From assembly GCA_964016885.1 (NCBI GenBank), contig OZ024749.1, positions 25,730,001 through 25,794,000 of the forward strand: a stretch of DNA of 64,000 bases, in the 5' to 3' direction. Origin of the DNA: Eledone cirrhosa. Lineage: Eukaryota. Positions 15,126 to 25,872 of this stretch are shown here, piece after piece. The notes beneath the pieces are model-generated. The model saw only the letters and a program-made list of their open reading frames with translations, searched no databases and was not told the DNA's origin. The first letter of the stretch is position 1. Each line of letters opens with the position of its first letter. The position numbers were made by a program, and so were the translations under genes.

Positions 15126-15750
15126 CGTGTACGTGTGGGTGCGTATATATGTGTGTGTGAGTGTGTGTGTATAAACATCAATGTGTGAGTATCTGTTTGT
15201 GTATATGTGCGTGTGTGAACACTTCTGTCTCTCGCTGTGAAACTATTTTAATAAAGGAAAATATTTGATACTTCATTTCTTTTTTTTCGGGGGGGGGGGG
15301 GGCGCAATCACAGTATATATAAAAGAATTTAGTTATATATACGCGAATATATATATATAAATATATATGTCTAGATGAATATTTACGAACACAAACACAC
15401 ACACAAACTCACACGTATATATATATATATATATATATGCTTATAAATATATATATATACGTGTGAGTTTGTGTGTGCGTTTGTGTTCGTAAATATTCAT
15501 CTAGACATATATATTTATATATATATATATTCGCGTATATATAACTAAATTCTTTTATATATACTGTGATTGCGCTCCCCCCCCCCCATAAAAAAAAGAA
15601 ATGAAGTATCTAATATTTTCCTTTATTAAAATAGTTTCACAGCGAGAGACAGAAGTGTTCACACACGCACATATACACAAACAGATACTCAGACAGTGAT
15701 GTATATACACACACACAGTCACACACACATATATATACGCGCACACACAC
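15125..15750. repeat. Long inverted repeat (~290-bp arms) centred on a TA tract
   Basis: GAACACTTCTGTCTCTCGCTGTGAAACTATTTTAATAAAGG at 15217 is mirrored at ~15620-15660. Confidence 0.9.
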
Positions 15751-15760
15751 ACACACACAC

Positions 15761-15808
<48 letters not shown>

Positions 15809-15838
15809 ACATATATATACATATATATATATATATAC

Positions 15839-15912
<74 letters not shown>

Positions 15913-16274
15913 TGTATGTATACAAATTAATTCCAACTATTTATATTTCAATTGTAGATTTTAGATTACTTTCCTGGTAATTTTAATATCTGTTGATATA
16001 TACAGCCCCGTACATACATATACACATATCAACGTATACACTCACACACATACATGAATACATGCATATATACCTACCTATATATAAATATTACATACAT
16101 ACATACATACACACATGCACAATTATGTACATACATAAATAAGTACCTACATACATATGAATATATATAACTATATGTACCTGTATATATATATATATAA
16201 CTATTTCCATATTCATAAATATGTGTGTGTACATGTATATAGATACATATATATATATATATTTATATATATGT

Positions 16275-16749
16275 AGATAAATCTACCAAAATGTACGGGA
16301 GTGTCCAATCCGTATGAAGAACTCAATGTAATCCGAATATCATGAAAAGAGATGTATTCAAAAATTTTTTGGTGAAAAATAACGGAAAACAGAGTCAAGA
16401 TAAATTAATAAAATAATGAATAAACAAAGAAACAGTTCCTTATATTAAAAAATTCATCATTTTACGATCGTTTCTAGGATATATATGTTAGTGTTGGTAT
16501 GCATATCCTATAGATCTATGTAACATTTTTACAAACTATCAGAGCGAATATACATACCTACACATTTCTGAAGACAGCATATATATGTGTAGGTATGTAT
16601 ATTCCCTCGGATAGTTTGTAAAAAGTTTACATAGATCTATAGGATATGCATACCAACACTAACATATATATCCTAGAAACGATCGTAAAATGATGAATTT
16701 TTTAATATAAGGAACTGTTTCTTTGTTTATTCATTATTTTATTAATTTA

Positions 16750-16750
<1 letters not shown>
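16275..16750. mobile_element. Fold-back PLE-terminus insert (family D) with complete HHR
   Basis: ~165-bp inverted arms meet at 16565-16580. The long arm has an extra tail. TA flanks. Confidence 0.85.
16563..16692 (+). ncRNA. Type I hammerhead motif with an ~100-nt stem II domain (family D)
   Basis: Stem I CATTT/AAATG, core CTGAAGA, stem II ATATATATGT...ACATATATAT, GAAA, palindromic ACGATCGT, GUA site at 16687. Confidence 0.65.
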
Positions 16751-16805
<55 letters not shown>

Positions 16806-16933
16806 TGAATGCGCGTGTATGTGTATGAAATAATCTTCCACGTGGTCTAAACAGAAAAGATGAAAGCTATAGAGAACCCTTATGTACATATGCACACACA
16901 CATACATACACACACACATATATTATTTACGTA

Positions 16934-16964
<31 letters not shown>

Positions 16965-17157
16965 GTGGATGCGTGTGTGTGTATTTGACATATGTGATAT
17001 TAATTAATGATCAGAACATATTCTCCAGAGAAATGTTTATTTGCTGTCTATAATTGCATTCACCAATGTGTCTCAATATAACGAATACTTCAGGCACGGT
17101 TTTTTATGTAAAAGACAAGAAATCATCTCAGTTAAGATGGATATATAGCCCTTCGCA

Positions 17158-17270
<113 letters not shown>

Positions 17271-17282
17271 ATGTGTGTATAA

Positions 17283-17590
17283 AATAATTGTTTCTACTTT
17301 TGGCACAAGGCCAGCATTACTGGTAGTTTATTTTATCGACCCCGTAAGGATGAAAAGGAAAGTTAACCTTGTCGGGATTTGAACACAGACTGTGAAAGGA
17401 CGTAACTATGCTGGAAAGCATGACGTTGAACCACTACCGATACTGTATAAAATAATTGTTTCTACTTTTGGCACAAGGCCAGCAATTATCCAATGTATTA
17501 CTGGTACTTTATTTTATCGAACACATAAGATAAAGTACCAGTAATACACTGGTTTATTACTGGCCTTGTGCCAAAAGTAGAAACGATTAC
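17283..17590 (-). mobile_element. SINE copy (17283-17445, -) plus a fold-back pair of SINE 3' ends (17452-17590)
   Basis: Reverse complement of the SINE consensus, then GTTTCTACTTTTGGCACAAGGCCAG ... CTGGCCTTGTGCCAAAAGTAGAAAC. Confidence 0.85.
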
Positions 17591-17774
17591 TTTATACACA
17601 CACACATAATGGTAATTAAGAGGGGATTAAATCATCAAAATTGTCCGTTGCCTTATAAATATATTCCTATTACGTCATTGTTGCAGTTATGCAATCGTTA
17701 TAGTGATATGCCGGTGGCCAAGCATGTCCATCAAGTTGTGAAGTGTTTCGGCATATATATATATTAATATATAT

Positions 17775-18145
17775 AGTAATAATAATAAATTTGAAGACTG
17801 CTCCACATATGACGTATTTTCTTCTTTTTTTCCGTTCATTGCCAGAGAACGTCTCTATGAACCATTTAATAGAATATTAGTCTCCGACTTCTTTTATAAC
17901 ATAAACGTGGTTTTGTCTTTGCGTGTAATTGTTTTTCACCGCTCCAAATAATGACGTATTATATTCGTTTTTTCCCGTTCTTTGCAAGGGAACGTTTCCA
18001 CGAACCAAAGTATCGTCTTCCTGTTTTCCTCCAGTTGCAACTTTTCTTTGAAATATTCACTTCTGCGTTCACAAATTGACTTTGTTAGTTTCAGAAGATC
18101 CCGATTCTTTGATTAAACTTTAATCTGTTATTTTAATAAATATTA
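17775..18145. mobile_element. Family E PLE-terminus composite
   Basis: Left end AGTAATAATAATAAATTTGAAGACT and right end AGTTTCAGAAGATCCCG..TTAAACTTTAATCTGTTATTTTAATAAA match the other family E copies. Confidence 0.6.
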
Positions 18146-18244
<99 letters not shown>

Positions 18245-18298
18245 GTTTAGACACTACCTTGCTCACAAGTGTTTTTTTAAGCTTCATATCATGTCTCC

Positions 18299-18369
18299 TA
18301 TTTTATCTGATGAGAACGCAAATATCGTCCCTGGATGATATTTATTTTTGAAATGCGCATAATAAAATA
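18299..18369 (+). ncRNA. Canonical-core type I hammerhead ribozyme motif
   Basis: Stem I TATTTTAT/ATAAAATA, CTGATGA, stem II AAATATCGTCC/GGATGATATTT, GAAA, palindromic ATGCGCAT, AUA site at 18361. Confidence 0.8.
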
Positions 18370-18404
18370 CATGGAGCTTTTTTAACCATCTTTTAATTCT
18401 TTCT

Positions 18405-18482
<78 letters not shown>

Positions 18483-18485
<3 letters not shown>

Positions 18486-18776
18486 AAAAAAAGATGAAAT
18501 CGAAAATGCAACTGGAGTCTTATTTTTAAAAAAATATATATATTTATTTGGTTCCTTTACCGGTTTCGCAGTTCTGATGTTAGAAAAACGACAGATGTGA
18601 GAAAAACCACAGACCCTCCATCTCAACTGTACTTTTGAAAAGCAGAAGAACCGCGAAACCGGTAAAGGAACGAAATAAATATATATATATTTTTTTAAAT
18701 AAGACTCCAGTTGCATTTTCGATTTCACTCATGTAGGACACCTCGGTTATTTTTCATTTTGTAAAAAAAAACTCAC

Positions 18777-18782
<6 letters not shown>
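18483..18782. mobile_element. Fold-back PLE-terminus insert (family G)
   Basis: ~75-bp inverted arms (TGAAATCGAAAATGCAACTGGAGTCTTATTT...) plus a tail. (TA)n on both sides. Confidence 0.8.
18632..18667 (+). ncRNA. Minimal hammerhead motif with U3:A8 core (family G)
   Basis: CTT TTGAAAA GCAG AAGAA C(C/T)GC GAAA CCGG TA AAG. The opposite arm shows CTGC, which restores stem II. Confidence 0.65.
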
Positions 18783-18813
<31 letters not shown>

Positions 18814-18821
18814 CCAGTAAG

Positions 18822-18915
18822 ACCCCGACAGCTGAGCTCAAGCCGTTTCGACGGCTAATTCTGGACTAAATGAAAATTTATCCTGGTATTTAAATAGCCG
18901 ATCTTCTCAAGGGGT
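18822..18915 (-). ncRNA. Type I hammerhead ribozyme, U3:A8 variant (inverted arm)
   Basis: On -: ACCCC TTGAGAA GATCGGCTA...TAGCCGTC GAAA CGGC TTGAGCTCA GCTG TC GGGGT. Confidence 0.8.
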
Positions 18916-20030
18916 AATTCCATATATGGTCAAAGTGATTGTCAAAAATCAGTAGTAATTCTGTGGTTGCAAATTAGTAGGGGAGATGGTGGCTAAACCT
19001 GCCAGTAGGAGAAAGAGGGGAGGGGGTGGAGTAGACCCAATCAAGCGTTGGTAGTGCCAGCTACAGCTGGGCATGAGGTCAAAGAAGATACAGGGGAGGG
19101 GGAGGGGGAGGAAGTCGGAACGGTAGGTAGAACAATGGGGGGGTAGAAATATATAGGAAAGAAAAAATACTGAGAGTGAAGAAAAGCAAATAAGTGTAAA
19201 GAAAAAAGTAAAGTAAATCAAATTCTACGACCTAAGTCTCTAGCTATTGTTAGGCTAGAATGAATAAATAAATAAAGAAAGAAAGAAAGAAGTAAAGAAA
19301 TAAATAAAGAAATAACGAAATAAGTAAAAGAACTAGGTGGGACGTATAAGGCAAGGACCCTTTTAAGAGGTATAAGTACGTAAATAATACGGTGACGGGT
19401 CAACAAAAGGGGCCAAAATACTAAAGAGACTACCACGAAATAAACAATAAAGGTTTCCATCCCGGGCACAATGCCAGCAACCACCCAGTGCAGCAAAGTG
19501 AACTAGTACGAGATAATAATTCTGAGTCCCGAGAAAAATATAAACTAATGCTAACTCTAAAAGATCTAAAACAAGCTACATGAAAGTTCGTACGAAGTAA
19601 AGGTAGAATACGGAAAAATAAATTCAGAATCCACCCCGCCCAAAAGAAAAGCGAAGAAAGAAATACTGAAACGAAAAAATAAGACATAAGTGCCACTAAG
19701 AAATATAGAGGGCACAGAGAATAGTGGGAGCGGTCGGAAAAAGGGGACAAGTATCCGGGGTCTAAACCAACTGCTATAAAGGGCGGAGTCCGCCAAATCT
19801 ATCATAGACTAGGGGAGGGGGTGGGGGTACTAAGGCTACAAGGGGCCAAAGGGCAGCCTCGGGTGGGCGAGAAAAGACGCCGACAAAGGAGAAGAGCTGG
19901 GGTAGAAGGACTAAGGAGAGAGGCGAGAAGGAAATAAAGGAAGCGATAAAAGAATACAAAGAAGATCTTACGTCTCCCTTGGCAAGCAGGGGTTACCCAT
20001 TGCAAAATCGGCAAGTGGGGTGTTATAGCC

Positions 20031-21470
20031 CTAGTCCCCCCCCCCCCCCGGGTCATTATGGGGTTTGAGGGCGACGTAAGTCCTACGCAATCTATGTTTA
20101 CATGCAGTAACCAGTTCATCTTTCTTGTTTAGGAGTTGGTCCGTCGAAAACAGCATTTGTAAAGTTTCCTCCGAGCATAAATTGCACGGACGGCGTCCTC
20201 CCGTGTAAGAATTGGCTCTGGACAGTAATCTCCAAGTGAGATCATAGGTGATGTTGTTGTCCTTGAGGTCCCATAGGTGGCCCGAAAGTGTAGTGGCGTG
20301 ACGCCGGGCCGGGTTTCGGAAGGTATGTCTATGTTGGTATAGCCGGGTCTTGAAGTCACATGCGGTAAGTCCTATATAGGCTTTGTTGGAGGTATCCGTC
20401 CTCACGTTGCACTGGTAGATCACATTACGGTCTCTGCATCTATTGTCGAGTGGGCAAATAGATCTATCCGGGCAGTTACACCTCCTGGTCGGTTCTCCAC
20501 TGCTATTTAGGTTATTTCTGCCATCGGGGTTGAGTTTTTTGTTGTTAGAGGAGACGATGTTTTGTGCGAAGTTTGGTGTAGTGCTGTAAGAGAGTTTGAT
20601 GGTATTTTTGTTAATTATGTTGTGGTAGTGGTGTTGTAATGGGAAGTGTTTTTCAATGAGCCTAAAGAATAGTTTCCCGATGGGAGTTGTCACCTCTGCG
20701 TTGTGGGGAGGATTGAACCATGTTACATTGCGTGAGCGGCGATGTCTCCTGCTGGTTCCGCTAATGGGAGCTGGACAGTAGGATATTTCCTCCCGGAAAC
20801 CACTCCGCTTGAGGGCCTGGTTGTAATAAGGCGCATGTTCATCGAATATCCGCTCATTAGCTGACAAACGGGATATGCGGAGGGAGATGTTTTTGACCAG
20901 GTTGTTTGTGATGTTCCTAGGATGGTTTGATCGGCGGTGGATGTAGTGCAGATTGTCATTAGGTTTCCTGTATGGGTAGTACAGGTCGTTTTCGAGGTCG
21001 AGGGTCACGTCCAGGAAGTTTACTCGGGTCAGGGACATTTGTAGGGTTATTTTAAATCCCCAGTCGCGGAAGAATCTGATTAATTGTTTCCGGACCCGAT
21101 CTGTACTACTGGGGTTGTACCCTTTAAGGGTAAGGAACCCATCATCACGGTACAATCCACCACCGAATGCAGGAAACATATCAGTGAGTTTGGCTATTAG
21201 GAATAATCCTATAAGATCTGTGACCTCCGCCGAATCCGTGGCGCCCATGCTGACGTCGAAGAGTGAGTCGGGAGCTCTTTTTATCCATTTAGAGTCGTCA
21301 AAGAGTAAGACTATCTTCCTGGCGTGGAGGATGATTTTTCTTTCCTGGTCGGTGATGGGCACAAGTGTTTCGGCGAAGTCCAAGGCGGCAGTAAGTAGCG
21401 GTAAGGTGATTGAAGCATAGTAGCTCTCTATGTCGAACTGTATAAATTTAGTTTCTCGTTTATCCTCCAT
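20031..21470 (-). CDS. 5'-truncated but open PLE RT/GIY-YIG reading frame (inverted arm)
   Basis: QFDIESYYASI, FDVSMGA, GLYRDDG, NFLDVTLDL, YRKPND, CNC..CPL..C linker, NVIYQC..YIG, CNLC..E. Confidence 0.85.
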   Translation of the reverse strand: MEDKRETKFIQFDIESYYASITLPLLTAALDFAETLVPITDQERKIILHARKIVLLFDDSKWIKRAPDSLFDVSMGATDSAEVTDLIGLFLIAKLTDMFPAFGGGLYRDDGFLTLKGYNPSSTDRVRKQLIRFFRDWGFKITLQMSLTRVNFLDVTLDLENDLYYPYRKPNDNLHYIHRRSNHPRNITNNLVKNISLRISRLSANERIFDEHAPYYNQALKRSGFREEISYCPAPISGTSRRHRRSRNVTWFNPPHNAEVTTPIGKLFFRLIEKHFPLQHHYHNIINKNTIKLSYSTTPNFAQNIVSSNNKKLNPDGRNNLNSSGEPTRRCNCPDRSICPLDNRCRDRNVIYQCNVRTDTSNKAYIGLTACDFKTRLYQHRHTFRNPARRHATTLSGHLWDLKDNNITYDLTWRLLSRANSYTGGRRPCNLCSEETLQMLFSTDQLLNKKDELVTACKHRLRRTYVALKPHNDPGGGGD

Positions 21471-21686
21471 ATTGCTGAACCAGGAGATTACTTGTCGTGG
21501 TCTTACTGGTTCCTATTACCCACTCTACTACCTCAAGTATTGAGTACTTTGGTGCGTTATGGTTCACCTGGTTCCTTACCACATTTCCTCCGTTATCTAG
21601 CTCCTACTCCCGTAGTAGAGCACTTTCCGACCCTACCACGCCGTATCCAGACTTTTCCGCTAAGCTCAATTCATTTCACCCGCACC

Positions 21687-23846
21687 ATGCGAAAACACAA
21701 CATTGACTTCTCTACCAAGAACATCCCAATCCCACCGAAAAAACTTTACCTTCGGATGCTCACGTAAAAAATCGATCTATTTGAGAAAAGACTTAGATGG
21801 AAAACTTTTTTCTATGACAGATATTGCGACAACCAAGACTTCGGCACCAAGGAGAGATTCGGATTTATTACCTACAAATCTCCGCCCCTGAACCCCTTGC
21901 TCGCACCCTTCGAGAATGACCTCTTCCACCTGGTCAAGAACATTAAACTTAAACCCAGACACAACCGATCCCTACAAAAACTCCGTAGCAACTTAACAGA
22001 GTATGATAACACAAATGACATCATGGTGCATTCGGATAAAACTGGGAACCTATACTGTGTCAACCCTGACAGATACCACACACTGATCAGGAGCAGCCTA
22101 AACTCCACCTATAAAAAGGCCAACCACTCTTGCATCGAGGACATAAATCGAGATGGACAACAAATCACCTCCAGACTCGGGGTCGCCGACCGCACGGAAC
22201 CTCTAGACCCACGGACACCATACTTCACACTGAAGGACCATAAATCCGATTTTGACCGTAAACCCTCTATCAGGCTTATTAACCCAACGAAGTCCGACAT
22301 AGGGAGAATCAGCCAAAAAATCCTAGACCGCGTGATACCAAAAGTCAAGCAACACACCCGACTTAGCCTATGGATCAACACCCAGGAAGTAATCTCCTGG
22401 TTCAGCAATATGGAGGATAAACGAGAAACTAAATTCATACAGTTCGACATAGAGAGCTACTATGCTTCAATCACCTTACCGCTACTTACTGCCGCCTTGG
22501 ACTTCGCCGAAACACTTGTGCCCATCACCGACCAGGAAAGAAAAATCATCCTCCACGCCAGGAAGACAGTCTTACTCTTTGACGACTCTAAATGGATAAA
22601 AAGAGCTCCCGACTCACCCTTCGACGTCAGCATGGGCGCCACGGATTCGGCGGAGGTCACAGATCTTATAGGATTATTCCTAATAGCCAAACTCACTGAT
22701 ATGTTTCCTGCATTCGGTGGTGGATTGTACCGTGATGATGGGCTCCTTACCCTTAGAGGGTACAACCCCAGTAGTACAGATCGGGTCCGGAAACAATTAA
22801 TCAGATTCTTCCGCGACTGGGGATTTAAAATAACCCTACAAACGTCCCTGACCCGAATAAACTTCCTGGACGTGACCCTCGACCTCGAAAACGACCTGTA
22901 CTACCCATACAGGAAACCTAATGACAATCTGCACTACATCCACCGCCGATCAAACCATCCTAGGAACATCACAAACAACCTGGTCAAAAACATCTCCCTC
23001 CGCATATCCCGTTTGTCAGCTAATGAGCGGATATTCGATGAACATGCGCCTTATTACAACCAGGCCCTCAAGCGGAGTGGTTTCCGGGAGGAAATATCCT
23101 ACTGTCCAGCTCCCATTAGCGGAACCAGCAGGAGACACCGCCGCTCACGCAATGTAACATGGTTCAATCCTCCCCCACAACGCAGAGGTGACAACTCCCA
23201 TCGGGAAACTATTTTTTAGGCTCATTGAAAAACACTTCCCATTACAACACCGCTACCACAACATAATTAACAAAAATACCATCAAACTCTCTTACAGCAC
23301 TACACCAAACTTCGCACAAAACATCGTCTCCTTTAACAACAAAAAACTCAACCCCGATGGCAGAAATAACCTAAATAGCAGTGGAGAACCGACTAGGAGG
23401 TGTAACTGCCCGGATAGATCTATTTGCCCACTCGACAATAGATGCAGAGACCGTAATGTGATCTACCAGTGCAACGTGAGGACGGATACCTCCAACAAAG
23501 CCTATATAGGACTTACCGCATGTGACTTCAAGACCCGGCTATACCAACATAGACATACCTTCCGAAACCCGGCCCGGCGTCACGCCACTACACTTTCGGG
23601 CCACCTATGGGACCTCAAGGACAACAACATCACCTATGATCTCACTTGGAGATTACTGTCCAGAGCCAATTCTTACACGGGAGGACGCCGTCCGTGCAAT
23701 TTATGCTCGGAGGAAACTTTACAAATGCTGTTTTCGACGGACCAACTCCTAAACAAGAAAGATGAACTGGTTACTGCATGTAAACATAGATTGCGTAGGA
23801 CTTACGTCGCCCTCAAACCCCATAATGACCCGGGGGGGGGGACTAG
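21687..23846 (+). pseudogene. PLE reverse transcriptase-GIY-YIG endonuclease ORF, inactivated
   Basis: ATG at 21687 (MRKHNIDFSTKNIPIP). In-frame TAA at 21765, after which the same frame continues into ORF 21897-23219. +1 C frameshift at ~23172 relative to the inverted arm. G-run length change before TAG 23844. Confidence 0.9.
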
Positions 23847-24954
23847 GGCTATAACACCCCACTTGCCGATTTTGCAATGGGTAACCCCTGCTTGCCAAGG
23901 GAGACGTAAGATCTTCTTTGTATTCTTTTATCGCTTCCTTTATTTCCTTCTCGCCTCTCTCCTTAGTCCTTCTACCCCAGCTCTTCTCCTTTGTCGGCGT
24001 CTTTTCTCGCCCACCCGAGGCTGCCCTTTGGCCCCTTGTAGCCTTAGTACCCCCACCCCCTCCCCTAGTCTATGATAGATTTGGCGGACTCCGCCCTTTA
24101 TAGCAGTTGGTTTAGACCCCTGATACTTGTCCCCTTTTTCCGACCGCTCCCACTATTCTCTGTGCCCTCTATATTTCTTAGTGGCACTATGCCTTATTTT
24201 TTCGTTTCAGTATTTCTTTCTTCGCTTTTCTTTTGGGCGGGGTGGATTCTGAATTTATTTTTCCGTATTCTACCTTTACTTCGTACGAACTTTCATGTAG
24301 CTTGTTTTAGATCTTTTAGAGTTAGCATTAGTTTATATTTTTCTCGGGACTCAGAATTATTATCTCGTACTAGTTCACTTTGCTGCACTGGGTGGTTGCT
24401 GGCATTGTGCCCGGGATGGAAACCTTTATTGTTTATTTCGTGGTAGTCTCTTTAGTATTTTGGCCCCTTTTGTTGACCCGTCACCGTATCATTTACGTAC
24501 TTATACCTCTTAAAAGGGTCCTTGCCTATTACGTCCCACCTAGTTCTTTTACTTATTTCGTTATTTCTTTATTTATTTCTTTACTTCTTTCTTTCTTTAT
24601 TTATTTATTTATTCTAGCCTAACAATAGCTAGAGACTTAGGTCGTAGAATTTAATTTACTTTACTTTTTCTTTACACTTATTTGCTTTTCTTCACTCTCA
24701 GTATTTTTTCTTTCCTATATATTTCTACCCCCCACTGTTCTACCTACCGTTCCGACTTCCTCCCCCTCCCCCTCCCCTGTATCTTCTTTGACCTCATGTC
24801 CAGTTGTAGCTGGCACTACCAACGCTTGATTGGGTCTACTCCACCCCCTCCCCTCTTTCTCCTACTGGCAGGTTTAGCCACCATCTCCCCTACTAATTTG
24901 CAACCACAGAATTACTACTGATTTTTGACAATCACTTTGACCATATATGGAATT

Positions 24955-25048
24955 ACCTCTTGAGAAGATCGGCTATTTAAATACCAGGATAAATTTTCAT
25001 TTAGTCCAGAATTAGCCGTCGAAACGGCTTGAGCTCAGCTGTCGGGGT
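24955..25048 (+). ncRNA. Type I hammerhead ribozyme, U3:A8 variant (3' end of PLE)
   Basis: ACCTC TTGAGAA [stem II 24967-25020] GAAA CGGC TTGAGCTCA GCTG TC, predicted cut after 25043, then GGGGT. Confidence 0.8.
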
Positions 25049-25140
25049 CTTACTGGTTCCTATTACCCACTCTACTACCTCAAGTATTGAGTACTTTGGT
25101 GCGTTATGGTCCACCTGGTTCCTTACCACATTTCCTCCGT

Positions 25141-25174
<34 letters not shown>

Positions 25175-25240
25175 CATACCTTTCTATGTGTTGTTTTGTC
25201 TCTCGCTCTCTCATATACACAGCCAAACTATCACACACAC

Positions 25241-25309
<69 letters not shown>

Positions 25310-25310
25310 C

Positions 25311-25393
<83 letters not shown>

Positions 25394-25400
25394 CTATATG

Positions 25401-25460
<60 letters not shown>

Positions 25461-25463
25461 TAT

Positions 25464-25551
<88 letters not shown>

Positions 25552-25580
25552 TATATAGTGTATATATATATATATATACA
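25141..25580. repeat. (TA)n tracts between the PLE and the LINE
   Basis: Direct reading. Flanked by a short inverted repeat at ~25184-25214 / 25608-25636. Confidence 0.9.
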
Positions 25581-25872
25581 TGAGGGTTTGTGAGTGTGTC
25601 TATCTAAATGAGAGAGAGAGACAAAGCAACACATAGATAGATAGATAGATAGATATATTTCTTTATTTACCATAACGGCATAAAAAGAAGGGACAAATAC
25701 AAAGGGGGAGTTTACATATAATCGAGTAAAAAGGGTGTAACATGAAAATAATCGAAAATAACCTCAAAAGGGAGGGGACGAGATGGGGGTTGCACACACC
25801 CCCGAAAAAGTGTGCAATCCTTTGCCCGGGGAGCACATGGACAAGGTGCTCCCCTCTCCTTTACTTCTTTAC

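Larger units (their letters stand above)
18811..25142 (+). mobile_element. Penelope-like retroelement (family A): full + unit with pLTRs, preceded by a 5'-truncated inverted copy, inserted in (TA)n
   Basis: + unit 21494-25142 with direct terminal repeats 21494-21595 and 25041-25142. Inverted arm 18811-21493 mirrors 22387-25059 with few differences. RT plus GIY-YIG ORF. Confidence 0.95.

Noticed and set aside
21765-21767. Possible recoded stop (selenocysteine, as in Naiad PLEs)
   Set aside because: The stop is TAA, not TGA. The endonuclease is C-terminal and no SECIS was recognised, so a nonsense mutation is the simpler reading.
23847-24921. Hydrophobic ORFs in the PLE 3' UTR and the 295-aa extension to 24075
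   Set aside because: They arise from T-rich composition and a G-run indel, and the frames differ between the two arms.
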